IMG/VR virus record: IMGVR_UViG_2934965791_000001
Span: 1-64,000 of that record
DNA from: a virus
Taxonomy: Duplodnaviria; Caudoviricetes
DNA length: 64,000 nucleotides
Strand: one strand, 5' to 3'
The notes under the pieces are model-generated. The model had not been told where the DNA came from and made no database searches. It worked only from the letters and a program-made list of their open reading frames with translations. The translations under genes were made by a program, and so were the position numbers. Every line of letters starts with the position of its first letter. The first letter of the stretch is position 1. Shown in pieces: positions 37,748-47,894 of the stretch.

Positions 37748-38997
37748 TAGAAGGTGCCGGGCGGCACGTTGTTGGTGATGGACACCTTGATCGGGCTGTA
37801 TCCGCCCGACCCGCCGGCGTTGCTCGTGTTGAACAGGGCCTGGAAGCTGTTGCCGTACTCGACGGCGTTCTTCGTTCCGTCGGCCTCGGAGTCGGTGAAC
37901 GCGGCCAGCTGGCAATCCACCTGGAAAGTCAGCTTGTTGACGCCGGTCAGGCCGTTGTCGAGGAGGAGCTGAAGCTGCGGCTGCGTGTTGTTCAGCATCC
38001 AGAGCAGCGGCGACTCGTCGGCCGCGACGAAGTTGAGCTTGCCCTCGACGGACAGGCCGCCGCGCTGGATGACGTACGGGCCCTGGCTGCCGTTGACCGT
38101 GTAGTAAGGGGACAGCTCCCGCTTGATGGTCAGTTCGCCGTCGGTGACGGTGGGGATCAGCGTCGCGCCGGCGGCCGGCCCGCCGATGCCGACGAGCATG
38201 CGCCAGGAGGCGACGGGCAGCACCGTGGACGGGGACGCGACGGGGGCGACGCCGGCCGGGACGGACGGGAACGACGTCCCCTTGCCCGACCAGGTCAGAA
38301 GCTCGCTCTCCGCGTTCCACTTCAGGCCGAGTTCCGACAGGCACAGGCCCGGGTACTGGCGGGCGCCCGACGTCGCGGTCGGGCCGAGGAAGTGAGTCAG
38401 GGTGTGGCTGACGGGCTGCCCGCCACCGGAGTTGAGAAGGCCGTGCGCCTGGGTGAAGGGCGCGGTCACCGGCTGCACGGCCTGAGTGGCGGCGTGCGTG
38501 TAGGCGAGGCCGCCGGTCGGCGTGGCCAGCGGGATGGTGTAGGGGCCGGCGCCGGTCGGGGTACCGGTCACGAAGCACTCGGCGGTCGCACCGGATCCGA
38601 TCTGCACGGTCGTGCCAGCGGGGATGGTCGCCGCCGTCTGGATCGAGGTTGCGCCAGCGGTCGCCTGGACGGACAGCGTGGTGCCGCCCGACCCGGTCGA
38701 GGTACCGGTGTACGCGAGGTCGCCGAGGATGTTCCGCAGGAAGAAGCCGATGCCGTCGCCGTAGGCGGGGCCGCCGAGCTCCACTTCCGCGATCTTCGTA
38801 CCGGCGATCTTCGCGAAGGCGTCGTTACCCATACTCCCCCTCCACGACTTGTCGTCGAGGAAGGTGGGGTTGTCCTTGGGCTTGACCTCGTCGACGAGGA
38901 CCGTCGACGTCATCGCGACCGCCGTTCCCTGGACGGCCTCCGTGGCTATGCCTACGAACTGCTTGGCGGGCGCGAAGGTCTGGGGGGTACCGGCCAC
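37747..38997 (-). CDS. Major tail (tube) protein
   Basis: FVGIATEAVQGT N-terminus; position before chaperones and tape measure. Confidence 0.85.
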   Translation of the reverse strand: MAGTPQTFAPAKQFVGIATEAVQGTAVAMTSTVLVDEVKPKDNPTFLDDKSWRGSMGNDAFAKIAGTKIAEVELGGPAYGDGIGFFLRNILGDLAYTGTSTGSGGTTLSVQATAGATSIQTAATIPAGTTVQIGSGATAECFVTGTPTGAGPYTIPLATPTGGLAYTHAATQAVQPVTAPFTQAHGLLNSGGGQPVSHTLTHFLGPTATSGARQYPGLCLSELGLKWNAESELLTWSGKGTSFPSVPAGVAPVASPSTVLPVASWRMLVGIGGPAAGATLIPTVTDGELTIKRELSPYYTVNGSQGPYVIQRGGLSVEGKLNFVAADESPLLWMLNNTQPQLQLLLDNGLTGVNKLTFQVDCQLAAFTDSEADGTKNAVEYGNSFQALFNTSNAGGSGGYSPIKVSITNNVPPGTF

Positions 38998-39000
38998 CGG

Positions 39001-39342
39001 TTACTCCTCGTGGGTGAGAGGCCCGGCGTTGTCCGCGGCCTGGTTCGGGGTTCTGGTGGTCTTGGTCCAGCGCCCGTCCGCCGGCGGCCCGAACGGCCAG
39101 TCGAAGACGGTCGCGGGGGCGTCCGGCGTCGCGGCACGGGCGGTGAGCGGGACGTGCGGGTACACGCAGTCGGCGAAGTGCGTGAACTCGTAGGCGCCGC
39201 CCGGCTCGACGCCGGCCGGTACGGGCTCGGCGGGGGCCGGGTCGGACACCACGTCCGGCACGGCCGGCGCGGGCTCGGGAGCCTCGACGGTCGCCACGTC
39301 CTGCGGCGCCGGCTCGTCCTTGGGGGTCTTGGAAATGGGCAT
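39001..39342 (-). CDS. Hypothetical Pro-rich virion-region protein
   Basis: ORF between the tail terminator and tail tube genes. Confidence 0.6.
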   Translation of the reverse strand: MPISKTPKDEPAPQDVATVEAPEPAPAVPDVVSDPAPAEPVPAGVEPGGAYEFTHFADCVYPHVPLTARAATPDAPATVFDWPFGPPADGRWTKTTRTPNQAADNAGPLTHEE

Positions 39343-39385
39343 GCGGACTCCGCAGGCAGAGAGGGTGATCGGGGGGGACGGCCGG

Positions 39386-39922
39386 TCAGGCGTTGATGAA
39401 CTCGATGGCTGCGAAGGTGATCTCGACGAAGCTCTTGGTGAGTTCGGCCTTGGTCTCCGGCTGGCTGTACTGGACGTCGATGCCGTCCATGCCTCCGTCG
39501 ATGTGCTCGCCGGCCTGGAAGACCGCACCGCCGAGGGTGCGGCTGAGGCGCAGGTGTTCGAGGAGCGCGTCACGCAGGGCGTGCACGTCGTCCTGGGCGT
39601 CCTCGGCGTAGGCGCAGTTCGAGCGGATGTAGCAGTTGAGGACGACCTCGTACACGACTTGCTTCATGCCGCCGTGCTCGCCGCCGAGGGCGACCCGGTG
39701 CTCGGAGTGCCGGGGGATGAACACGACGATCTGCGCCCCGGTGCGCGTGCCGGGCGGCATGCCCCAGAAGTAATCGCCGTGGTCGTCGCGCTTGGGCCAC
39801 GCGCGGCGTACGACGCCGACGCCGGCCTTTGTCAGCGGCGACGATCGGTAGGTACGGCTCTGCTCGTCGTACGCGCCGCCGAGGTACCGGCAGATGCCGT
39901 CAAGTACGGCCTGGACGCTCAC
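39386..39922 (-). CDS. Putative tail terminator
   Basis: LRLSRTLGG motif; size and synteny. Confidence 0.65.
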   Translation of the reverse strand: MSVQAVLDGICRYLGGAYDEQSRTYRSSPLTKAGVGVVRRAWPKRDDHGDYFWGMPPGTRTGAQIVVFIPRHSEHRVALGGEHGGMKQVVYEVVLNCYIRSNCAYAEDAQDDVHALRDALLEHLRLSRTLGGAVFQAGEHIDGGMDGIDVQYSQPETKAELTKSFVEITFAAIEFINA

Positions 39923-40767
39923 ATCTGCCTCGTGTAGGAGGTGAGGATGCGCTCGGCCTCGCGTACGAGCCCGGAGCCGTCCTTGCGGCTGTCCTCCTGC
40001 TGGGTGCCGGCGCTCAGCGCCGTGTCCGGGTAGGAGTCCTCGGCCGCGGTGTCGGGGCGCATGAGTTGGCTGATGGTGTAGTTGACGACCGCCAGGCGCA
40101 TTTCCGCGGGCATGCCCGACCAGCCGGAACCCTCGGTGTGGGGGTTCGCGATCGGGGCGGCGAGCGGTACGACGGTCGGGGCCGGCGAGGTCGTCACGTC
40201 CGGCGGTGTCCAGGTCGGGGACACCCGGACGGTCTCCTCGACGCCGGGCTCCCAGAGCCGGTACGTGGCACCGGGCATGACGCCCGTGGGGTCGGCGACG
40301 GTCAGCGACGTGTCGCCCGGGCCGGCGTCCTCGGCGAGGAGCGTGGACACCCAGCCGGCGGTGTACGTGATGTCGACCCACACCCGGCCACGGGTGGAGA
40401 CCCGTCCGACGGGGATGAGGATCGTCTGGTTCTTGTCGACCCGGTACGCCGGCGCCGGCAGGTACGCCATGCGGGAGAACGTGGAGCCGTAGGACACCGC
40501 GGCGACGGACAGCACGGGCCGGTCCGACGGGAAGACGACGAGGTTGCCGTCCCGGTCGATACGGCCGTGGGTGCTCAGGTCGACGCGGTGCGCGCCGAGG
40601 GTCTGGTTACAGATGTTGTCGGCCCACCCAGACGACGCCAGGAGCACGTTCGTCAACTCGGCGGTCTGCGCGGCCGGGTCCATGATTCCGGGCCGCAGCG
40701 TCTCAACGTCGAGGTAGGTGGGATGGGCGGTGAACTCGGCGGCGGTCACGTACGGGGTGCCGTCCAT
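39919..40767 (-). CDS. Head-to-tail adaptor
   Basis: PYVTAAEF, LLASSGWADNIC, ITYTAGW, MPAEMRLA, ILTSY. Confidence 0.8.
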   Translation of the reverse strand: MDGTPYVTAAEFTAHPTYLDVETLRPGIMDPAAQTAELTNVLLASSGWADNICNQTLGAHRVDLSTHGRIDRDGNLVVFPSDRPVLSVAAVSYGSTFSRMAYLPAPAYRVDKNQTILIPVGRVSTRGRVWVDITYTAGWVSTLLAEDAGPGDTSLTVADPTGVMPGATYRLWEPGVEETVRVSPTWTPPDVTTSPAPTVVPLAAPIANPHTEGSGWSGMPAEMRLAVVNYTISQLMRPDTAAEDSYPDTALSAGTQQEDSRKDGSGLVREAERILTSYTRQM

Positions 40768-40796
40768 GGGCGGTCACCTCCTCCAGTGCCGGCGGG

Positions 40797-41159
40797 TTAC
40801 TGGTCGTCCGTGGCCTTCGCGGCGGTGGCCCGCTTCGCGGGCGCCTTCTTCGCCGGCGCGGGCTCGGGGGCCGGCGCGACGGGGGCGGTGAGGGCGGCGG
40901 TCGCGGACGCCGCCTTGACGAGCTGCTCGACCGCGCTGAGGAGGGTCGCCGGGTCCTTGCGGCGCTCCAGCTCCTCACCGATGAGGCGCTGCTGACGCTG
41001 AACGTCGTCCTCCCACATCGGCTTGCCACGGTGGTGGAAGCCGGCGAGCCGGTCGGAGACGTCGTCGGGGAAGTCGAAGCCGCCGGCGTCGTCGGCGTGG
41101 AAGGTTCCGAACTCGGGGTCGTCGAGGGTGGTGACGCCCAGGCGCGAGTACAGGCGCAT
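40797..41159 (-). CDS. Hypothetical head-region protein
   Basis: GGAG RBS; Ala/Lys/Pro tail; follows the capsid gene. Confidence 0.65.
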   Translation of the reverse strand: MRLYSRLGVTTLDDPEFGTFHADDAGGFDFPDDVSDRLAGFHHRGKPMWEDDVQRQQRLIGEELERRKDPATLLSAVEQLVKAASATAALTAPVAPAPEPAPAKKAPAKRATAAKATDDQ

Positions 41160-41243
41160 GCCTGCTCCAATCAGGGGGTGAGGGAAGAGGGCCGACCGCG
41201 GGCCGGGGCCCCGCACCACGTGCGGGGCCCCGACGCGGGGCGG

Positions 41244-42740
41244 TTAGCCGACGTTGGAGAGCGTCGCCATGGCGACCGGGGCGCGGTTGATGAAGGCGCC
41301 CACCGACCGGATCTCGAACTCGCGGCGGGGGCCGCCGCCGGCGACGCCCGGGTTACGGCTGATGCCGTAGTCGAACTGCGCGCAGTCGCGCAGGTTCCGG
41401 TACTCCAACACGTTCGTGATGTTGGCCTGGGGAAAAGGCACGCGATCGGTCCTCGCGATGATCGTGCCCGGGGGCAGCGAGGTGTGGACCTCGATCGGGA
41501 CGGTCACGCCGCCCGCGGGCGTGTTGACGATCTCGCCGACCCGGCCGCCCGCGGTCACGCTGATGCGGCCGGACTGGTCGGTGTTGAGGAACGTGGTCGC
41601 GCTGGTGGAGCCGAGGACCAGGTTCGCTATCTCCTGGGCCTGCGCGGCGTTCATCATGAGCGCGGTCGGGGACGCCTTGATGGCGTTCCACAGGTTCAGG
41701 AAGATGTAGTTCTCGATCTCCTGAACGCTGCCGCCGGCCAGGGTCAGCGCGGCGCCGTCGAGGCTCTTGAAGACCGACGGGTTCTGGGTGCCGGTGCCCG
41801 GGGTGACCCACTGGCCGTTGCCGTTGTAGTCGCCGGCGAGCGAGGCCATGAAGCCGTCGTAGTCGTTCGCGTTCGCGCTGCCGTTGTCGGCGGCCGCGTT
41901 GAACGTCGGCTTGGTGTTGGCCGCGCCCTTCCAGTTGCTGGACAGGTCCGGGACGGCGGTCCCGGCCGGCAGCGCCTGGTCGGCGGCGATGACCTTGTTG
42001 AAGCTGACCGTGTTGACCGTGGTGGTGGTGTAGTAGAACCACGTGGTCCCGTTCGCCGACTGGAACCAGTCGTAGGCGACGGCGCCGCGGACGGCCGGCA
42101 CGGACGCGGTCAGGCTGTTCGTCGAGCCGGACGCGAAGACGGTCGAGCCGCTGTTGCCCTGGCTGTTGCCCGACCCGTAGTAGTAGCCGGAGCCGGTACG
42201 GGCCGCGACACCGACGTACACGGTGGTCGCGCCGATGGTGCCGCCGGTCGCCGCCTGGGCGATGGTCGGCGCGGACGGCCGGGCCAGCGCGAAGGACTGC
42301 GCGCCGAGCAGCTTCCTGTCGTCCCCGATGAGGACCTGGTTCAGGGTCTGGAACGTCGAAACCTGGAAAGGATCGGCGTAGCCCGTGGCGAGGTCGAAGG
42401 CGTCCTGGGTCGCCATGCCGGCGAGGCCCGTCGGCTTGTAACGAGCCTGAAAATCCTGCTCGTTGAAGATGACCTCGTTGGCCGCGAAGTCCCAGCCCAT
42501 CGACGGGTCGGGCTGCGCCGCGGTCGTGTCGAGGATCGCGCGCCACACCGCGTACGGGTTACCGTCCGGGCTCTTGACGCGGGCGACGAGGTCACGGAAC
42601 GGCGTGACGACCGGGATCATGGAGACGAGCCCGGACAGGTCGTAGCTGTAGAAGCCCGTGTTTTCGAGGATGCCGGTGGTCTGAGCCTTGGAGATGCTGT
42701 CCAGCGTCTCCGCGGTGAGGTTTTCGAGCGCAGCGCTCAA
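41244..42740 (-). CDS. Major capsid protein
   Basis: TTG start with AGGAGG; YDL..IPVVTPFRD, DYDG, PTALMMN, VHTSLPPGTI; follows the scaffold gene. Confidence 0.8.
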   Translation of the reverse strand: MSAALENLTAETLDSISKAQTTGILENTGFYSYDLSGLVSMIPVVTPFRDLVARVKSPDGNPYAVWRAILDTTAAQPDPSMGWDFAANEVIFNEQDFQARYKPTGLAGMATQDAFDLATGYADPFQVSTFQTLNQVLIGDDRKLLGAQSFALARPSAPTIAQAATGGTIGATTVYVGVAARTGSGYYYGSGNSQGNSGSTVFASGSTNSLTASVPAVRGAVAYDWFQSANGTTWFYYTTTTVNTVSFNKVIAADQALPAGTAVPDLSSNWKGAANTKPTFNAAADNGSANANDYDGFMASLAGDYNGNGQWVTPGTGTQNPSVFKSLDGAALTLAGGSVQEIENYIFLNLWNAIKASPTALMMNAAQAQEIANLVLGSTSATTFLNTDQSGRISVTAGGRVGEIVNTPAGGVTVPIEVHTSLPPGTIIARTDRVPFPQANITNVLEYRNLRDCAQFDYGISRNPGVAGGGPRREFEIRSVGAFINRAPVAMATLSNVG

Positions 42741-42818
42741 GGGGTGCCTCCTGGGCATGAAAAACCCCCGGCGCGTCAGGCGCTCGGGGGTTCGGGGGGT
42801 CTGGGAGGAAGAGAGGCG

Positions 42819-44414
42819 CTACTGGGGGCGCCGCTGGTGAATCGCCTGGAGCGCGGCGATGGCGCCCTTCTGCATCTCGACGGCGGCCGCGTTCTGGTCC
42901 GGCGCGGAGCCGGTGTAGAGCGTCTGCTTCAGCTCGCGGGCCTTGGCCATGTCGATGGGCGCGGCGCCGTTGTCCTGGCCGCGCATCATGTGCGCGGGCG
43001 GGACGGCACCCTGGGCGAACACACGCGGCTCGGCGGGCTGCTCTTCCAGCGTCCTGACCTGGCCCTTGAGGGTCTCGACGATCTCCGCCAGTTCCACGAT
43101 GGCCTCACCGGTCTTGGTGAGCTGTGCCGTGTGGCCGGCGCTGTGTTCGTCGAGCAGTCCCTTGACCATGTCGCGGATGTCGCTGCTCTTGAGTACGTCC
43201 GAGTCGGTGTCGGTGGTCTTGGTGACGTCGTCGGTGGTCGGCGCGACCTCGGCGGCCGCGGCCTCCTTGGTGACGCCTTCGTCGGCGGGGGTGCCGACCT
43301 CGGCGGCAGGCGCCGGCGCGAGGTCGTCGGCGGCCGGCGCGGGCTCGGCCGGGGCGGCCGGCTCGTCGGCGGCGTCGGCCCCCGAAATGGGGGTGATCTC
43401 GGTGGGGTCGACGATGCCCACGAGCTTGCCCTTGGCGTCGTAGACGGCGACCATCGGGGGCTTGCCCTCGCCGTCGGCCTTGCCGATCGGCTCGGCGGCC
43501 GCGGCCGGGGTCTCGACGGTCTCGGGGGCGGTGCCGGTCTCCGGCATGTCGGTCTCCTTCTTGGCGACCGGGCGGCCGCTCTCCTGGGTGTCGGGGGCGG
43601 CCGGCAGCGACGCGAGAACCTTTTGCAGGGACTCGACCGCGGTCCTGATGGCGTTCTCGTTCGCGGCCGACAGGGTCCGGCCCGCCTTCGCGACCTGGGT
43701 GAGGGACTCGATGACGTCGAGCGGGGCGGCGTCGAAGTCGCCGAGGGCCTTGCCGACGGCGTCGAGTTCGGCGGTGCCGCGGATGACCTCGGCCTCCTCG
43801 TCGACGGCGAACGGCGCGAGGACCGAGATCGCGTAGTCGATGGCGCATGCGGCGTCGTCGAGGTTCATCGCCGAGTCGAAGTCGCTGCCGTCGCCGGCCG
43901 CGGCTTCGAGGAGTTCGCGGTCGGCCATAACGCCGAGCGCGGACTTGGCGCGGGAGAGGATCGAGGTCCACTTCCGGGCGGTCGCCGCGTCTACTGCCTC
44001 CCACGCCGGCGAGCCGGGGGTGTTGGCGTCGCCGGGGGCGTTGCCCTCGGGTTCGGCGAGTACGGCCGTCGGGTCGAGGTCGGCTTCGGTCGCCATGGTG
44101 TCCGCGTCCTTCGTGATGGGGGCGTCGTCGACCAGGCGGCCGCCGGCCTTGTGGATGAGCTGGGCCAGGGCGCCGGGGGTGCCGGTCATCGTGACCGTCT
44201 CCCCCACCGCCGCCTCCGAGGTCGGGGCGGGGTCGGCGGTCTTGCCGATGAGGTCGCGGACGAGGTCTGGCGGCATGAGGCCGGCCGGGCCGCCGTCGGC
44301 GGCGGCCTTGGCCATGAGGAACGGGAGACCGTTCGCCGCCTTGTCGACGAGGTCGACGCGGTCGATGTTGGCGTCGACGAGTTCGGTGAACTCGTCGTCG
44401 GGGGTGTGGGGCAT
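42819..44414 (-). CDS. Scaffold protein with N-terminal protease-related segment
   Basis: RVDLVDKAANG, KAGRTLSAAN; acidic low-complexity region and C-terminal coiled coil. Confidence 0.7.
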   Translation of the reverse strand: MPHTPDDEFTELVDANIDRVDLVDKAANGLPFLMAKAAADGGPAGLMPPDLVRDLIGKTADPAPTSEAAVGETVTMTGTPGALAQLIHKAGGRLVDDAPITKDADTMATEADLDPTAVLAEPEGNAPGDANTPGSPAWEAVDAATARKWTSILSRAKSALGVMADRELLEAAAGDGSDFDSAMNLDDAACAIDYAISVLAPFAVDEEAEVIRGTAELDAVGKALGDFDAAPLDVIESLTQVAKAGRTLSAANENAIRTAVESLQKVLASLPAAPDTQESGRPVAKKETDMPETGTAPETVETPAAAAEPIGKADGEGKPPMVAVYDAKGKLVGIVDPTEITPISGADAADEPAAPAEPAPAADDLAPAPAAEVGTPADEGVTKEAAAAEVAPTTDDVTKTTDTDSDVLKSSDIRDMVKGLLDEHSAGHTAQLTKTGEAIVELAEIVETLKGQVRTLEEQPAEPRVFAQGAVPPAHMMRGQDNGAAPIDMAKARELKQTLYTGSAPDQNAAAVEMQKGAIAALQAIHQRRPQ

Positions 44415-44788
44415 CAGCTACTCCGTGGGGTGATACGGCGCGCCGAGCCCTGCGGCGACCAGCCGGTGACGCGCCCTGACTTGTAGAGCTGCCAGGCGTG
44501 TTCGTCGAGGACCGCGCCGATCAGCCAGTCGCCGGCCTTGACGACGACGTCGCCGAGGTTCCAGTCCGGGCCGCGGTAGATGTACGACTCGACGACCTTC
44601 GCGGCGCCCTCGGTGCCGTCGGCGTGGAACAGCCCGGTCTCGGGGCCGTTCTGGAGGAACCGCCATGCGGCCTTCTCCAGCTCCGCGGCGGAGAAAAAGT
44701 CACGGCCGCCATCCGCACCCCGCTTGATCATGGGGTCGGGGCCGGCCTGGTAGGCGACGCCGAGCACGTAGCGCTGCTCGTCGGGCAT
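44414..44788 (-). CDS. XkdF-like prohead serine protease domain protein
   Basis: RYVLGVAY, ELEKAAW, H..VVESYI, GDWL, GRVTGWSPQG. Confidence 0.8.
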   Translation of the reverse strand: MPDEQRYVLGVAYQAGPDPMIKRGADGGRDFFSAAELEKAAWRFLQNGPETGLFHADGTEGAAKVVESYIYRGPDWNLGDVVVKAGDWLIGAVLDEHAWQLYKSGRVTGWSPQGSARRITPRSS

Positions 44789-47700
44789 CAGATGCCTCCT
44801 GTCACGGGCACGAGGGCGCAGCGGCACCAGGGGTGACCGGGCGGGGCGGACTGGCCGGAGGGGAAGAGGCTCCCGGGCCGACGCGGGCCTTCCTCGGCGT
44901 TGGTTTGGCAGATGTTGCAGACCCGGCCGTCGCCGGCGGAGATCCACTCGACGGACTCGATGCCGTTGATGAGGTACGTGGTGAGGGTGGCCGCGGATAC
45001 CGCCCGGCACAGCTCCGTCGTCGCGATCATCTCGGCGCGGGTGACGTCGCTGAGCAGGCCCTCAATCGCCGCGGCGATCGTCGTCGGGCTGTCGCCGCGC
45101 TCGGCGCCCTCGGCGAGGAGTCGACCGAGGGCGTTGAGGCGGGTGTTGACGATGGACTTGATGGTGACGCCGGACTCGTTGAGCAGGGTCGCGAGTCCGT
45201 CACCGTTGCCGGTGCGCCCGAGGAGGAGCCGGGCGGCCGCAGCATCGCCGGGCGTCCAACTGCCCCAGTCGACGGCGGCCGCCGCGCCAGCGACGACCTC
45301 GGCGGACACAGCGCCGATGACGTAGCCGTCGAGGTAGACGCCACCAAGGGCTTCCTCAAGGGCCGTCGCGATGCCCGGGGCGTGCTGCTCCAACCATTCA
45401 CGGGCCTCGTCGCCGAGTTCCCGGAGCCGGTCGGGCTTGCGTGACGCGCTCGACGACGCGCTCATGCCGAGCCACGCCTTCGCCAGCTGGCGGGGGTTGA
45501 TGGCGCCGCGGAGGGCCGCAGCGATCCGAGGCGTCCAGTAGGCGATGGCCTTGAGGTCCATCTTCCAGCCGGGCCACCGGGCCGACCCTTCGGCGCCGTC
45601 ATCTTTTGGGTGGGCCGCCTTGACGATCCCGTCGTCGTCAGCCGGGAGCTGGCCGTCGAGGGCGCCAAGGACGGCGTCCAGGGAGGCGAGGAGTTCGGGC
45701 CTGACGGCAGGGTTGTCGCGGAGCTGCTCGGGGTCCCACCATGCGACGGCCTCCACGATGTCCCCGTCGGGGTCGTCGGGGTTGGTGACCTGGTCGCGCC
45801 GGCCGAGGTCCAGTACGGACTCCGAGGCGACGGTGTAGACGTAGCCGACGTATACGCCGGACCCCCACGCCGGCCTGGCGAACGCGAGTGCCGCCATGGC
45901 GTCGGGGTCGAACGGGAGGATGAAGCCCGTCTCCTCTGACCACTCGCGGATAGCGGCGCCCACCGGTGGCTCCTCGCCTTCGAGGTGACCACCGGGGAAC
46001 TCCCACGTACCGCCGGCGGGGTCGCCGGGGTCGAGGGCCCGCTGAATCATGAGGACGCGGCCGGTGTCGGCGGCCCGCACGGCGAGGCCGGCGCACGCTA
46101 TCTCCCCGGCGTCTTTCCGCACCTGGGCGCGGCCGGCCTGGTTGAGGCGCAGGCCGCGGGTCGGGGTGACGTATCGGAACTCGAAGTCGCGCCAAGTACC
46201 GGAGCGCCGACGGGCCTTGCGGAACGACCGGAACGCGGACAGTTCCCGCTTGGTGAGTTCCTCGTCGGCGTACGCGCCGTCGTCGAGGTCGTAGCCGTGC
46301 AGGCCGGTGTCGGCAGTGATGCCGACGTCGGCGGCCGGTGCGGCCGCGGCCTCCTTGGTCACGGCGTCGGCGTGCACCTGGGACTGGTAGGTGTCCGCGG
46401 CTGCGGCCGATGCGGTGCCCTCGGCGGTACCGGGGGCCGGCAGGACACCGGGCGGCGGTACGAACGGTTGTGCCGGCAGTTCCTGCTGCTCGGCCGGCGC
46501 GTACGTCTCCGGGTCGATGTGCCCGCCGACGCCGTCGATGGACAGCAGCGGGACGGGGCCGAGGCGGGTGGTGTTGAAGAAGCGGGGGGTGGGCCGGCGG
46601 GGGTCGGCGGGCAGGCCGAGGAGTTCTTCGCGGCCCTCGTCCGACGAGGCCATGCCGGTCTCGATGTAGATCTGCCACGCCTGGGCGAGGGCGAGGCGGT
46701 CTTCCTTCTCCTGCCCGGTGTCGAAGGTGAACTCCAGCGGCAGGCCCATGTCGTGCTGGAGGAACGACGTGATGACGCCCTCGATGTGCGCCACGAGGGG
46801 GAGGTCGCCAACGCGGTGCTGGACGTCTGCCTGCGTTTCCCCCGACGACTTGTTCACGGTCTCCGTGAACCCCAGGTCGCTGGGGACGATGTGGTAGGCA
46901 GCGCACGTCTTCCGCATGAGGAACAGGGAGAACGAGTCGCTGAAGTCTTTCTCGTTCGACCACTCGATCTTGCCGCCGCCCGGCATCCACCGAATCTGGT
47001 GTTTGGCCTCCTGGTCGCCGTACATCGCGGCGTCCCAATAGCCCTGGAACTCCTCGATCTGTTGCGGGGTCCAGCCTTCCGGCGCCGACGCGAACGCCTC
47101 GGGGATGTTGCCCGCGGTGAATCGCTGGAGGAAGTACTGCTGAAACCGGAGGTCGGTGTTCGCGTTGAGGAGGATGCTTTCGAGCGGCGCGTACCCGTAG
47201 GGGCTGTTCGACCGGGGCCGGAACGGCACATAGACGAGGTCGCGGCGGGTGAGCCAGTTCCACGGGACACCGTTCGCGTACTGCACGTACGCCTCGGCCG
47301 GCGGCTCCGGCGAGCGGCCCCAGTAGTCGAGGAGGGGGGCGATCGTCGTCCCGTCGACGACGCTCAGCCCGATCGCGCGGCCGGCCCGGTTCCGGCGCCG
47401 GTACAGGGCGCCGGCGTCGTAGGCGAGGATGTCGTACAGCCAGGTCGCGAGCCACGTCGGGAACGGCTTCTGTCCGTCGGGTTTGGCGAGGGCCGCCATG
47501 CCCTGGTCGATGGCGGCGTCGGCGTCGCCGCGGAAACCTCGGGCCGGCACGAGGGACCAGTCGAGGGCGCGGATCGAGTCAATCCGGTGCCAGATGCACA
47601 TCTGCGCGACGTCGTAGGCGTCGATCATCCCGCGGAGCGTGTCGAAGGAGACGCGCTCGTTGGCCTTCGGCCGGGCGGAGATGTTGTAGCCGGGGGTGAA

Positions 47701-47862
47701 GTCGTGGCTGCGGGGGGTCCGGCTGTACCCGTCGTACGGGTTGATCGGCTGGCCCGGGGAGAACGGCCGCGTCTCGGACATGCCGGCGGCTTCCTCACCG
47801 GCCCGTATGTCGGCCGGGGTGCGGGATCCGAACGCCTTGACGATGCGGTCGCGGAGGCTCAT
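44788..47862 (-). CDS. Portal protein fused to NUDIX hydrolase and MuF head-morphogenesis domains
   Basis: Portal N-half (PYGYAPLE, PSDLG, REELLGLP); Nudix box WEFPGGHLEGEEPPVGAAIREWSEETG; MuF RAEMIATTE..DGRVCNIC..PPGHPWCRC. Confidence 0.9.
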   Translation of the reverse strand: MSLRDRIVKAFGSRTPADIRAGEEAAGMSETRPFSPGQPINPYDGYSRTPRSHDFTPGYNISARPKANERVSFDTLRGMIDAYDVAQMCIWHRIDSIRALDWSLVPARGFRGDADAAIDQGMAALAKPDGQKPFPTWLATWLYDILAYDAGALYRRRNRAGRAIGLSVVDGTTIAPLLDYWGRSPEPPAEAYVQYANGVPWNWLTRRDLVYVPFRPRSNSPYGYAPLESILLNANTDLRFQQYFLQRFTAGNIPEAFASAPEGWTPQQIEEFQGYWDAAMYGDQEAKHQIRWMPGGGKIEWSNEKDFSDSFSLFLMRKTCAAYHIVPSDLGFTETVNKSSGETQADVQHRVGDLPLVAHIEGVITSFLQHDMGLPLEFTFDTGQEKEDRLALAQAWQIYIETGMASSDEGREELLGLPADPRRPTPRFFNTTRLGPVPLLSIDGVGGHIDPETYAPAEQQELPAQPFVPPPGVLPAPGTAEGTASAAAADTYQSQVHADAVTKEAAAAPAADVGITADTGLHGYDLDDGAYADEELTKRELSAFRSFRKARRRSGTWRDFEFRYVTPTRGLRLNQAGRAQVRKDAGEIACAGLAVRAADTGRVLMIQRALDPGDPAGGTWEFPGGHLEGEEPPVGAAIREWSEETGFILPFDPDAMAALAFARPAWGSGVYVGYVYTVASESVLDLGRRDQVTNPDDPDGDIVEAVAWWDPEQLRDNPAVRPELLASLDAVLGALDGQLPADDDGIVKAAHPKDDGAEGSARWPGWKMDLKAIAYWTPRIAAALRGAINPRQLAKAWLGMSASSSASRKPDRLRELGDEAREWLEQHAPGIATALEEALGGVYLDGYVIGAVSAEVVAGAAAAVDWGSWTPGDAAAARLLLGRTGNGDGLATLLNESGVTIKSIVNTRLNALGRLLAEGAERGDSPTTIAAAIEGLLSDVTRAEMIATTELCRAVSAATLTTYLINGIESVEWISAGDGRVCNICQTNAEEGPRRPGSLFPSGQSAPPGHPWCRCALVPVTGGI

Positions 47863-47894
47863 GGGGGCAGCGCCTCCTATCTACGGCTGGGCCA

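Noticed and set aside
41031-44486. 1151-aa plus-strand ORF and other long antisense ORFs (e.g. 9496-11712, 30187-32511, 45985-48081, 55806-58070, 62093-63916)
   Set aside because: Shadow frames of well-supported minus-strand genes; high-GC DNA has few stop codons, and these ORFs lack recognisable motifs.
45848-45857. CGTATACG as a second lox-like site
   Set aside because: Inside the portal CDS, with no 8-bp spacer or outer arms.
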